Shown: in pieces, positions 37,883 through 50,597 of the stretch
Layout: every line of letters begins with the position of its first letter
How positions within the stretch are numbered: the stretch's first letter is position 1
Source: Sporopachydermia quercuum
Taxonomy: Eukaryota
Assembly: GCA_001599295.1 (NCBI GenBank)
Contig: BCGN01000003.1
Span: 248,001-312,000 of the forward strand
Direction of reading: 5' to 3'
Length of the DNA: 64,000 bases
Notes under the pieces: model-generated
Seen by the model: only the letters and a program-made list of their open reading frames with translations
Database searches by the model: none
What the model was told of the DNA's origin: nothing
Made by a program: the position numbers and the translations under genes

Positions 37883-40348
37883 TCAACGAGCAACATTGTA
37901 CTTGGCCGCCATTCTTCCTGCATTGGAATCCGCAGGCCAGGTTGGTCCTGCTCGTTGCAACTCATCTATAAACATAGAAGAGTTCAAAATACCCGTTCCT
38001 CCTAATATGATTCTCACTCCACTGCCATTTTTCCTTTGAGTTTCATTAATGCCACTTATCAATCTAGCTTCTTCATAAGTAGCTCCACCGACTATAAACA
38101 CAACAACGTCTCTTACCTCCTGATCCACACCGGGTCTGACTGATAAATAGCTGAATGGATTCAAAACAGGATAGTGATTATCTCTAAGCTTTCCTTTCAA
38201 TAAATCGTTTATCACAGCATCAATTCTAGGTGTATGTTGCATATAAATGCTGCCATCATTGCTATTGCGACCTTCTCGTAAAAGCTTCTGCAACGTTTTG
38301 CCCTTGCTGAAAATGCCATCATCAGAAGCTGATGAGAGTCTTGATTTTGTTCCTGCGTATCTCAATAAGGTATCAATGAACTCGATCTTCTCTTCTCTCA
38401 CTCCCGTATCGTATAATAGTTTTTTCAGTTGAGGCAAGGCAAAATTGCTGTGATTTTCATACCGTAGGGCATATAATGCAACCAAACGTATTTTGGCTGA
38501 TTCTGATAATGGTTTAGGTGTGGGATTAACAGTCGGATTGTCATGTGTTGCACTTTCTTTATTGCCATCAGTTATACTTAACAATCTCAATAGTTCTTTC
38601 AAATCGTTGTTATGTTGATCATTACATGCTAAGCTTTGTTCTAATTCAGATACATCCCATAGCTGTTCTTGGTTGATTTTATTATCCAGTTCTCCAACTA
38701 TCGCTACATGTTTTGAGACATTGCCTGATAACTTGCGGAATTCAGGATACTCTTCAATAAACTTTTTCATATCTTGAATTGACTCTAGATTTTTGCTATT
38801 CTTTGTTTTACGCTGATACACATTCACATACTCTTTCACGTCAGCTCCCAGATCAGCAAAATTATGAAACATGGTTTTATGGAAGAAATCGTCGTCGTGC
38901 GATGAGAGCACAACTTCTTTTAATTCTGGTGGAATGTTTGCAACAAATGAAAGATCCACACGATTGTTCTCGATGCCAATGAGCTCGTGAACCATTGATT
39001 GATACGTCCATGGTGTTAATAAAGGAGTCACCGGATCGTTTCTTCTATCAAGGATTAATAACAATGGTGGCACGTCCTGCGATTTGAATTCAAACAATTG
39101 TGATTGTTGTTTCATGAAATATACTAGTTCTGATGATAGTTTCTTTGCCATTGAACTATTTGCCTCGTAACGTATCACAGGTTTTAATTTCAGCGATAGC
39201 AACAAAGAAACAAGTCCGTCAGATGAGCGTTTCATAGATTGATCGTGCCAGCTTTCAGAGGATTTCCCTAATACTCTGCTAAAGTTGGAATGAAGATTTA
39301 ATGAGAAAAGGTCGTTGTTAATTTTATAGAAGTCCAAGTAGATCTCCTGGACCTTTGTTACTACTTCCAAATCATCTGATTCAGCTAGGCGTTCTAGTTG
39401 AGATTTTGATAAGGCGTTGCTGAAGAATAGCTCGTAGCTAGAATATTTAGGGCTTCTCAGCTCTTGGACCAGAGCTTCAATAGAATCACCTGTTGGGCGA
39501 GCAAATACAACGCCTTTTAGATGTCGCATGACATCGCGAGATTCGTTTTCAATGCGGCTAGAAGGGAATTTGTTAGTATGTAAGCGATAGGATAAGAGCT
39601 GCTAAGTGTTCAGCGCAGCACGATGAGAATAGAAGAAGGTCAGGGAAACATTCTAGGAAAGATAAGATTAGCCATTTATAGAAATGACTGTCTTTTATTG
39701 AAACTGACGGTTGATTTTTATACTCNAAGTTTGCTCGTAATAGTACTGTTTGGTTTTTATATTTGAAAACACACATTGATAGTGTTCAACCAGTAGCTGT
39801 GATCTCTCTGTTGAAGTCCAGATTTTAACGGTAAATAACTCTCTTTTATACAGGATTTTCAGTGCAATAACGTTTAAACATGACTGACGACCTCAAAATA
39901 CTTTCCGTAGCCATAAGCTTCACCCTCACCATAACTGACTCACTGTCTTCTATATCTAACACCATTCTCGCTCCACGTTTTCTTTTCTCGTAGAATCTGC
40001 ATATAAACAACAAGTTTCCACGTACTCTATCAAATATATTTCATGCTTTAGCAATTGTGACTGTGTAGCGCACATTGATAACATAGGTGTCTTTATTTCG
40101 TAGTTAGTATTTCAAGATAAATTGATGTGATACACTCATATAGTGAGTATCCATTCAAATGCTATAGCAATCATTCTGATAAAGCAACAATTCAATTGTT
40201 GTCCCAGAGCATAACATACCGTTTCTTGGTCTAATAATAGGATTTTGATCTTAGAACCAGGCAAAACTCCTAAACTACTTTGACTGGCGTCTGACCCTGA
40301 GCCAACCAGCTGGTTGACGTAGAACTGGCATACTTTTGATAAATCCAT
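37883..40348 (-). CDS. VPS45: Sec1/Munc18-family vacuolar sorting protein Vps45 (3 exons, 622 aa)
   Basis: Exons 40348-40220, 40090-40026, 39557-37883; KILLLDQET, TQSQLLKHEIYLIDRIEN, LLILDRRNDPVTPLLTPWTYQSMVHEL, IVGGATYEEAR. Confidence 0.95.
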
Positions 40349-41216
40349 TGCAAGACTCTGTTGGTATTGGATTTACCGTGCGTGCTGATTGAGTGATTCC
40401 CAGCTATGGAAATAGTTTGCTTGAATAGCGGAGTACTATCAATAATAACGATAAATGCTCTTACTAAATTGATTGAAAAGTGTCGGAAGAAAATATCGGA
40501 TTAGATCATCGGAATGCAATCAGATTATCCGAACTATCGCTTCTTGGGTTATCTATTGTTGAGACCCTTTTTTCTGATGAAATGCCTCTGTTACACCTAT
40601 ACCTCGAGAGATATTGGTATGAGGAGAGGAGTTGATTTTACAAATAAATACAGAGCGCTGTCACTACCTGCGGGTCTTCCGAGGGTCTTCATTGAATACT
40701 ATGGGAGATGAGATGAGATAGGATCTGATGAAATTGACGATAAGGAAAATAAGATAAAGAAAGCGTTTATTAACTGTAGAAAGCAAAATATCAAAAGAAT
40801 ACTGTTAATTTCATAATATTGCACGATTATATTTGTCTGTATTTTCTGTCTGTGCTAATTTCCGCTGTTTTACGCAGGTCCAGTAATAGCAGACCTACTT
40901 GAGTATGATATTTACGCTACGTGTAAATATAGGCCTTGTGCCCGGACTTCATATTTTCTGTACCAAAACGTCACCCTCCCCCCCCCTCCCCCCGGTACCT
41001 GCCGTACATGCATACATGCTATCAGATCTTTAATAAATACATCAATTCGATGTCATCTTTTATCTGTTAGATGGCTACTGATATGCATTTACCAACGTAT
41101 AAGCTGCGTCATATTGGATTGTGTTTACTCACAGCAATTCAACCGCTATCAAGTGTCATTCAAACAATAATCATCTTAATCTCCAATTCCCTCTCCCACA
41201 GGACCTAATAGTGGCC

Positions 41217-43511
41217 ATGTCTAATAAGCCAGCACTTGTTCGCGGAAGATCTACGTCCGCTATCAGAACATCAGAAGAGCGTTCTAATTCAAATCCGAGA
41301 AGAAGATCGCGGCATTCTTCAAGACATTCTATAACGATATCTGGAGCTTCACATCATACCAAAGCTCATTTCGCCCGCAGTGCCTCTTACGGCAGAGGAT
41401 TGAGTAGCAGATTCAATCTAACGAAAATGAGTGAAGGGTTTGTGAACAATACCAAAGAGACAACTTCAGGAAGTGTCTGTAAACCGCTAGTTCATTCTCA
41501 GAGCAGTGACAGTATTTATTGTAGTAATAACAAGAAGGATATGTTTAATTTGCAGACAAATAAACATGATGTGGGCGAGAAGAAGCATAAACATGAGGGT
41601 GAAGGTGAAGGTGAAGGTGAAAACAAAGAGGAATATGAAGATGAGTATGAGTCTACCTCAGAAGATGCCTATATTGATACTGATATGAATACACGTCAAA
41701 AGGAAAGAGAAAAAGAAGTAGACATACCGGAAGATGCAGATACTACTGAGGAGTCAATCAAACCGTATGAATTAGAGAATGATAGTGTAGTAGAAGGTAA
41801 TCAGGAAACCAAAACTAAGCCTGAAAACCAGTATCAACCGCAGGATACGCAGCCACAGCTGCAAGATTCTAACCAAGTGGATGGTTTGCATAAACCACAA
41901 CAACAAGGTCTTATTCAAAATGACTACCATACACAGCAGCGCCAATCGTCTTCGCCGCCAGAAACTGAAGCAATCCTTGAAATCAAACCGAAGTTTGTAT
42001 CNAAAAGACCACCAAACTATCGCTCAAGTGGCTCTCTCTTCAACAGCAACTCTTCCCAAACAACCAGTACAAATAGCCAGACAATTGTCAACAATCCCCC
42101 CACCAGTTCGTCTACTTCTACTTCAAATGCTGACAGCAATCCTATCGGCAATATCAATCCTATAAATAATAAATCTAACCCAACATTGATACAGCAACTG
42201 GAATCTCGTGGAAATGGCCTGGCAGAAGGCGTAAATAGCACATCGTCGCAAATAAACCATAAGAATAACCCAAACCATAGTCCTGCCAGTTCTATGGAAT
42301 CTTCAATCAACGAAAATCACTACATGACGAACGTCCTGCTATCGCAATCCACTGGTATGATGAAACCTTTGCCAGTAACGTCAGAAAACTCGTTCCGGAA
42401 GGCTTATATTGGTACCAGCAAGCATGCAGGTACCATACCAGCGCCAGTGCCAGAAAGCTTCGCGGAGGATTATAATGAAGAATCGTCTCGATCGGCCTCG
42501 TCTACTAGCAATGGCAGCTCGCATTTGAATCTTGTCGTAGCTCAAGATAAAGCATTACAGAAACAAATCAGAGAAGGTGGAAAGTTCGGGAATAAGGTGG
42601 TAATGGGAGAAGCAAAACAGAAACCTATTTATAGCGGAAATAGCACTACTAGCAACGACTTCACTGAGTATTCTTCAACACCCGGATCATCTGTCAAGCC
42701 TATTTCAACATCAACAAGAACTCAACAGAGACTATGGCTACAACGTCAAAGCAGCTTTCTTGATTCTAANAATGCATTTTCTCCTTCCGGAGCTCGTGAT
42801 GTCATGGGCAAAGACGGAAGAACTCCTTTGCCTGTAAGAATAAATGGGACTATTGGAGGCAATCCTAACGATGCCTTCAGTGTCAGCATACAATATAGAA
42901 GAGAATATGAAAGATTAAGCAGAGAGTATATGAATATAAGGAGGTATGTAAATCCTGTGGTTGAATCTCTGCGGAGGGTTAAAATTAGAGAAGAAAATAG
43001 CCTTAAAGCTGCTAATGATAAGAGAAGTACTAGACAAGGAACACGGTCAAGTAAAGCACCAGTGGCAACACCTACAAACAGGAAATTCGAACCAGGACAA
43101 ACCAAGAAACAACTGGCAATACAACGAACGCTGTGGAACCTTTGGAACGATGGATGGGCCGATAGTAAAAGCTCCCAAGTCTCCAGCACGGCATTAGAGC
43201 AGTTGAATCAGTTAACTCAGCAACAACTCAGCGGAAGTCCCGGAGGAAGACGTGTGAATAATGGAGGGTTAGGGAAAACCAATGCAGCAAACTTGCATAG
43301 TATGTATCAAAATCAGAACGGAGGACCCAGAAGCCGAAGGCATTTGAATTCGGATAATAGTACCTTGCCGCAAACCCGTGCTCAATTGCAGAATCGTAAT
43401 GAAGACAGGCCGGTGGAAGATGATGGGAACTCAGAATCGGGGCTCGAGTATGATTCTATTAGACTACAAGCGGAACAAGTGTCGCGGCAGTTGATGGTTG
43501 GTCCACACTGA
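41217..43511 (+). CDS. TCO89: Low-complexity protein with Tco89-like (TORC1 subunit) motifs
   Basis: First ATG at 41217; TRTQQRLWLQRQS and REYERLSREYMNIRRYVNPVVESLRR motifs; TCO89 belongs to the same ancestral block as PPQ1/CBC2. Confidence 0.7.
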   Translation: MSNKPALVRGRSTSAIRTSEERSNSNPRRRSRHSSRHSITISGASHHTKAHFARSASYGRGLSSRFNLTKMSEGFVNNTKETTSGSVCKPLVHSQSSDSIYCSNNKKDMFNLQTNKHDVGEKKHKHEGEGEGEGENKEEYEDEYESTSEDAYIDTDMNTRQKEREKEVDIPEDADTTEESIKPYELENDSVVEGNQETKTKPENQYQPQDTQPQLQDSNQVDGLHKPQQQGLIQNDYHTQQRQSSSPPETEAILEIKPKFVXKRPPNYRSSGSLFNSNSSQTTSTNSQTIVNNPPTSSSTSTSNADSNPIGNINPINNKSNPTLIQQLESRGNGLAEGVNSTSSQINHKNNPNHSPASSMESSINENHYMTNVLLSQSTGMMKPLPVTSENSFRKAYIGTSKHAGTIPAPVPESFAEDYNEESSRSASSTSNGSSHLNLVVAQDKALQKQIREGGKFGNKVVMGEAKQKPIYSGNSTTSNDFTEYSSTPGSSVKPISTSTRTQQRLWLQRQSSFLDSXNAFSPSGARDVMGKDGRTPLPVRINGTIGGNPNDAFSVSIQYRREYERLSREYMNIRRYVNPVVESLRRVKIREENSLKAANDKRSTRQGTRSSKAPVATPTNRKFEPGQTKKQLAIQRTLWNLWNDGWADSKSSQVSSTALEQLNQLTQQQLSGSPGGRRVNNGGLGKTNAANLHSMYQNQNGGPRSRRHLNSDNSTLPQTRAQLQNRNEDRPVEDDGNSESGLEYDSIRLQAEQVSRQLMVGPH

Positions 43512-45501
43512 TTTAATATCGAGGGCGCTGTGAAGTGAAGTAGTAATGAATGAATTAGAAAGAAATGTGTTTCGTGTAGGCAGTAGTTAGCGAAGCGATT
43601 TGATATATGATCGTGTATTTCTATTGATATACTGAGACGTTAAAGGAATGAATAAGTAGCGTTTGTGCAGTTGTTCCTATAGCATTGACGTTTTTTTAAT
43701 CAGATTTCAGGATTGCACTAAAGACGAGTTCTGTTCTATTAATCAGCGTTGGACATAAAACCATGTTGTTTAGTAATCATCCTCCTTGATGGTCATCAGT
43801 ACCATCCGGCGAGCATTAATCTTCTTTGTTATCAATTGTGATAGGAGCTCAAATCTCAGTGTAGTAAATGTAAAATCCATATCAGATCAATTACAGTTAG
43901 GAAAGATGAGATGAAATGCTTGAAGAACCATAGCCTCTGTGCTGAATAAGGTTTCGATTAGGGTTAAGTATGTTTTTAAGTTTCAACGGTAGGTGAACCT
44001 TATTCATCATTGACCCTGTTTCCTTTCTTCATTAAAGTTCCCCACATTGTTGATATACTAAAAAGAGCAAATACAGCTGTTGTTGTCTTTGGTGAATAAT
44101 ACAAGCAGTAATAGAACAGTATCAATTGAAACGTGGTTGATGAAGGACAAAAGAGATTATTAGACTCGTTGGATTTTCAAGNGGATAGGGGAAATTTTTT
44201 GGATTTAGATTGGCGTAAATAATGTAAATGATGTGAATTATTTGGTTATTTGCAGGTTAAGTTGACCGAGAAACTATCCTGTAGTATGATAGTGAGAGAA
44301 GGAAACACGGCACTCGATAATATTTTATCTATACTAGATATGTAACGATTACGGTAATAATAGAATTCCAGAGTCTTTTTCTATTTGATGATAAATCATA
44401 CAGTGATGGCTCTGGAATCTCCAGCATATCAATGCACTCTTCTTGATCAAATTACTTTGTTCGGTGATAAACTGATCAAATACTAGTAGAACTGTAAATC
44501 TAAATCTTGAACCACATTACCGTCTAAGTAGAGAGACTGCAATAATAACATAACCAAAAACGGTGTGATCTACTGAGATATTGTTCGATGATCAATGTAA
44601 AAGAAGAAGTTCATCGTCACGTATGTCGATTCATAGCATATGTTAGTAAAACATGGGAAACGGTGAAGAAGCTTATCTGGGACTTCAATTAGGTTTAGCC
44701 AAACTTTATTTGTCCTCATCTATGGTTTCAATTGCAAGATATCGATAATATCGTCATATATTCCACCGTGTCTATATCTACTAATCTGCTATAGATATAA
44801 AATACATCTTTACACTCCAAACGCTTCAACAATCACATTATTACCTTTTTGCAGATTGGATTTAATTTTGAAGATTTCCTAGTTGAACGCCCGCCGTCCC
44901 TCCCACATAGAGATACGACTTAGTTACTTGTGAAATTGAACTTTATATTTAAAGTTGAAAGGATCAAACCTTATCTAAAGCGTTCCTGCAGTTGCTTACA
45001 TCTTATTGTGTTGCCCTGGTTCTTCCTTCCCTATTACTTTATCTCTGACTCAAAATAAGGATCACTCCCGATAAGAACATCTGGAATAGAATATAAGTTC
45101 TATCAAGGTCACGAATTGACATTCCAGCATTTTGAAAATGATTCTGATTATTCTCAACAGACAGATATCGGGTGGGCTGTGGTATCTAGAAGCATAGAAG
45201 TATAAAGACAGGCTATTCCCTTTTCTTGAAGTGCTGTACTCTCTTGCAGATGGATTGAAAGAATCAAGCCGCAAACAAATAGTTGATTAGAAGAAGCAGT
45301 AAACAAAGCAATAAGCGAGCAGGCAATAATTAACAAACGAGCAAACGAATCAACTCAACTGACTTATAATAAGCCATCGCGGAAGACACTTCTTTCATCG
45401 TTTTCCCTACCTTTGGTTTAGACTACTACTGCCAATCCGATTGTGAATGTCCATACCTGCTCACCCGTTGCAATTGAGGTAAAAAAAATTGTCTTATAAC
45501 A

Positions 45502-46380
45502 ATGAAATTGATGTCAGACGATACTACTATAGATGATATTATTCTAAATGAGATATTAAAAGAACTTAAACAGTTTTCAAAATATCAAAAGAAGAAAAGT
45601 AGAGTGTTTTTCTGGGCACGGGTTTTTTGCAGGACATCCAAAAAAGAAAACAATGATTCAGAATCATTTGATACTATCTACAACGACATTGTGAGTGCTT
45701 TCCAGAAAAATCCAAATTCCGTTATAGATAATAATGGTAAAACAGATGGTTGGAACAATGGGTTTAAGTGTGGAGTTGCTCAAGCAGAGAGAGATAATAG
45801 GAAAGGAATCCAAACAGCTTATCCTAATAGCCGCCGGACTGGAAATATGCATTCCTTAGCTTTTGCTAATTTTCAGCAAAATGGAACACCTTTTAATGTT
45901 TCTAAATTCCCTTCAACAACTAAAGGAAACTTCATGGAACTTCCTCCGACTTATACTTCTAACGGTTATGGTGCTCAGTTGCATAACGAAAAATTCAATA
46001 TCGACAGCAATACTAATCTCGATATAAAGGAGAATGAACTTCCAAACAGCACTGGGAAGGAAAGATTACCGTCAGATAACAAGCAGGAAGAGCCAGCTAT
46101 TTCTAGAGGTGCCTATTGGGCGTATAGATTGATGTATATGACAGGATTTTCACAAGGCTATTCAAGAGGTTATTTTTCAACTCTTAGACCTCCTCTTCCA
46201 GGTCATAGCAGAAGATGCAGAAACAGACGTCATGCTGGTGGGTTTAGTGGGGGTACTGGGGGAGGCTATTATTTTGATAGCTCTTGTTGTGATGGAGGCG
46301 GGTACTGTGGAGGTGGTGATAGTGGTGGCGGCGGAGGTGGAGATGGTGGTGGTGGTGGTGGAGATGGTGGTGGTGGCTGA
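45502..46380 (+). CDS. Hypothetical protein, 292 aa, with Gly/Cys-rich C-terminal tail
   Basis: Uninterrupted 879-nt ORF in AT-rich context, ACAATG start context; no family recognised. Confidence 0.65.
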   Translation: MKLMSDDTTIDDIILNEILKELKQFSKYQKKKSRVFFWARVFCRTSKKENNDSESFDTIYNDIVSAFQKNPNSVIDNNGKTDGWNNGFKCGVAQAERDNRKGIQTAYPNSRRTGNMHSLAFANFQQNGTPFNVSKFPSTTKGNFMELPPTYTSNGYGAQLHNEKFNIDSNTNLDIKENELPNSTGKERLPSDNKQEEPAISRGAYWAYRLMYMTGFSQGYSRGYFSTLRPPLPGHSRRCRNRRHAGGFSGGTGGGYYFDSSCCDGGGYCGGGDSGGGGGGDGGGGGGDGGGG

Positions 46381-46971
46381 ACAGGAGATCAAGCAGATAA
46401 ATATGTTGAGAGAGATTTGGTATGGAATATTAGTTCTCTTCAGCGTATTAGGAGGATTATATTAAGGCTGGTGCTTTTGATTTTGGGCTTTTCTTTATTG
46501 TTTCAAGATATGATGATGAAATGTATGCATATTATTATGAACTGCATTGTTAGAGTAGTATGATATAAGTAACTGTTATATGAATAATGTATATTCGATT
46601 CTATATATTGAAAGATGAAAGAAAAGAAAAAAAAAAACGGTAAGTTTTGTTAGAACATATTAAATGAATATCAAACAATAAATGTTTTGGCACTAGGACA
46701 AAAAAATGTTTACTAATAAACAGTTGATAAACTTCCCAATTCTAATATTGATATAATTCTATAAAACTGGAAGCTCCCTTGTTATCCCTATAGGTATAAT
46801 ATTCGTAACCTCACTTACTATAGTTTACAACTTAATGTACTATTAATGATAAACGAAGAACATTCTACATTGAAACCTGACCGACCATTCCACTTATGAG
46901 TAATAAATTTCAAACTTCATATTGAAACGATACGTAACTACCAGAGAAAACCAAAATAAACACCAAAAAAT

Positions 46972-48659
46972 CTACATAATGATACTTTCCTTTTCAACAT
47001 TAGAAGAAATAGTCTTATGAGGTAGCACTTTACCGCCATTGACATAAACTTCATCCTTTACTTTAACATCGTCACCTAAAACAGTAACGTTTTCCAACCT
47101 TGCCCATCGACCTACTTCAGAGTTCCAACCAACAATAGCAGATTTCACCCAAGCATGATCCCTGACGATAGAATTAGAAAGAATAACTGATCTTTGTATT
47201 CTAACACCATCGCCAATAACGACATTTGGTCCAATAACTACATTAGGACCAATTTTACAGTTCTTACCAATGGTAGCAGTAGGATCAATAAGAACGTTAC
47301 CACCGTGGACAAATGGTTCTGAGGTAGGGGTAAGAAGAGAAGAATCTTTCTTTGCTAATGAAGAAAGGTAAAGACAAGTACCAGAAAGAAAATCCTTAGG
47401 TTGACCAACATCCATCCAGTAACCTTCAAGGTCAAATGAATATAGAGCCTTCTGTTCAACAAGTTTAGGGAATGTTTCCTTTTCAATAGATGTGGGACGA
47501 AGTTCAATCAAATCAATCACTTCAGGGTTCAAAATATAGATACCGGCGTTAATTCTATTACCAACGAATTCAACAGGTTTTTCAACAAACCTGTCAATTA
47601 AATTAGGAACAGTTTCATCGTGAACAATGACACCGTATTTACTTGGTTCTTCAACCTTGGTAGCAACAATGGTACCAGCACCCCCATGTGCTTTATGAAA
47701 ATCAGCTAATTGCTTGAAAGGATAGTCACAAATGATATCGGAATTTAAAACAAAGAAAGGCGAGTTATCCTTCTTTAAAATATCCTCAGCCAATTTCAGT
47801 GGACCAGCAGTTCCCAAAGGTTCTGTTTCAACTGAAAACGTGATGTTAACACCATATTCTTCTTCGTATTGTTTTAAAGCCGCCACCATGACCTCAGGTC
47901 TATAGTTAACTGCTAAAACAATATCAGTAACGCCAGCAGCAGCTAATGATTCAACTTGATGAAGAATCATAGGCTTATTACCAAACTCCACTAAAGGCTT
48001 CGGCAATGTAAGTGTCTNATAATTCATGTTAGTAGTTGTGTCATGATAGCGATAAAACAACTATTCTACCAATATCGATAGAAAATAAGAAACAAATCAG
48101 CTCAGAATAATCCTCTTTCTNTTAATGAATGCATTGTTTCGTTTATATGTNTGTCCTCATTATTTTCAAGTGGTCAACTTGTGCATGACATAAGTTTTGC
48201 GTCTCATTCCATAGTTGCACATAAACGCGTGTTAGTTTCAACGCCAGCGTGGACATTATACTAAGTGAGATGAAGAAGAAAATCTTTAAGAGTTTATTAT
48301 TGATAATAGCATGACAAAATAAAATGCTAGACGAAAAGCTTGATAGTAATATAATAGAAACCACTTCACATATTATGTGATGCTAAATATCTGTCAAATG
48401 AACCTCTTGTTCTCAATGGTTGGTGCAGTTTTGACCCTCGTTCTGTGTGCATTCTAGTATGATCACGACAATAAANATAGCAGACAAACATAAATAAACC
48501 CAACAATTGAAAACAAGCAGAAAGGAAATAAACCTTTCCTGTTGTTTAGAACNAAAACGCGTTAAAGATGAGCTGTTCATCTATGAAAACAAAGCATGCA
48601 TAACTTACCAAAGGTCGGAGACGAGTACCATAACCTCCAACAAGAATAAGTCCCTTCAT
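46972..48659 (-). CDS. PSA1: Mannose-1-phosphate guanylyltransferase (2 exons, 364 aa)
   Basis: Exons 48659-48609 ([17 protein letters not shown]) and 48015-46972 ([16 protein letters not shown]...); 593-nt intron GTAAGT...TACTAAC...NAG; C-terminal hexapeptide repeats. Confidence 0.97.
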
Positions 48660-50597
48660 TTTGATTTATTGGTAGTTTGATATGAATTAAAAACAATATA
48701 TTGTTGATCCTACTGGATTGTTGTTAGAGCGAATGACTATTGTAGTTTAACTCTTCTATCATTCTTGTTTCTTCTTTATTGTTGTTCTCCTTGTCTTCCT
48801 TTCATTGAATGCAGAAAGAAGAGAACTATTTTACTGATTTTCCTTTCCTCTTCCTCTTTGCTTTCCACTAAAAATCTCATCATCGGCCAGCCAAAATATA
48901 GTTTCATACTTGTGGTTTGGTTTTAAAGTTTGAGCAAATGTTGAAATTGGCATTCAATTTAGGTTTACTTTGGCTGAGAACAGCACTTTACTGGTTATTT
49001 TCGGACAAACGCTAGATCGCCTTTTACTGGACANAATTTAGTCTAGAGGGATGAAGAGTAGAATACTTAAGGAATAACTTACAGTGAATCTACAATATGA
49101 AATGAACATTTCGAGGGAAACCGAAGTAAATATGGGTAAATGAAGGTAATGTTTGCATTAAAGCAAGCTGTGCTATTCGGAAATTTGCAATTCTTAATCA
49201 ATGGAGAATAAGAGTCCATATACTATATTTACTATATATACTACAAATGAAACTGACTCCTTAGATGGCCTAGTTGGTTAGTTAGAAAGCTTAATTGGAT
49301 ATGAACGTGCAAAGGTATTACGATTTGTTCTAAATAAACAATTTAAAATCTGGCTATTCTCTTTATACATCGTATTTGTTATTAACAANAGCACTTTCAC
49401 TATGGTCATTGACAACATGATAATCAACTCTTAATAAGTCGTTCCCAGAATAAATTTACTCTACTCGAATAATGTTCCGTACCTTGAAATTTCATTAATC
49501 TTTCCATTTACAGCATGTGAGGTTTCCTAATCCAACCGTCCAACTATCAGATTCAAATACACTCGATGAACGCAGGAGTAAGATTCTTTCAATTTACAAT
49601 GAACCATCGAAACCAGAATTTTGATCCTTCGAAAAGGAAATTGGTGAACACTGGCGAGAATAGTAAGATTATGCATCACTAGAAACTATCCGAGATAAAA
49701 GTGATGATGATGGTTTGATCTGTTAAACTCTTTACCGTTAGTTGCAACAACAAGTGCAATACATTGTCTCATTCTTCTACTAGACACTAATCTTCAAAGT
49801 AAAATGTTCAATTTTAAGTTGTATTTTCAATTCTTCTTCCACCTCTTCTTGCGTTTTATCGCATACCAGTTTCATAACTTCTTGAAACCTATATTTGTTT
49901 CCATCGACCAGCCGCTTCTCTTCTCTTCTCTTCGTTTGAGTTGGAATAAAAAATACAGAGTTCATGCATAATCCATGTATCATTCATGCAGCACGCGTAA
50001 CCCTAAGTAAACGGAAGAATTCCATAAGTTGAAGCACTCATATTGGGATGATTGTTGACCTGGTGATATGGAGGGACCCGGTGTTTGGATATGATTAGAT
50101 TTGACGACTATCCTAGATGGCTGATGCTAATCGCGCCCTGAATTATTTTTAGCCTCAAAGAGTATTGACTTGATCTCGAGTCTCAGCTCCATTTATTCTG
50201 TTGAATAGCGATATACAATACATATAATACATTTCTACAAGTATAATTTTTATAATCAATACCGCTCTAGGTGCTAGTCTTGTGTGCAAACTAGGTGCTA
50301 TTCTGAATCTCACTTTTTATGTTTCGACTTACATGGTTTGTTAAACTTTTCCAAATATATTCTAACCTTTAATCNAATGACTATATGAATGACGAAACCG
50401 AGTCAGAAAAATGAACGCTAATGCTCAGTGAATAGGATTGTTCTATGTAAATACAAGTATATGTAGTGAAAAAACTTGTGGTACATTGCTCAAATCANAA
50501 TCACTGGATGAAACAGTTTGCTTGAGATCATTTCTAAAATGAATAATAATAATAAAACAAAACATAATATAATAAAATGGATACATAACAATTTCCC

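Noticed and set aside
49019..49029. CGCCTTTTACT matching U5 snRNA loop I
   Set aside because: The flanks do not form the closing stem, and no U5 internal loop or clear Sm site follows
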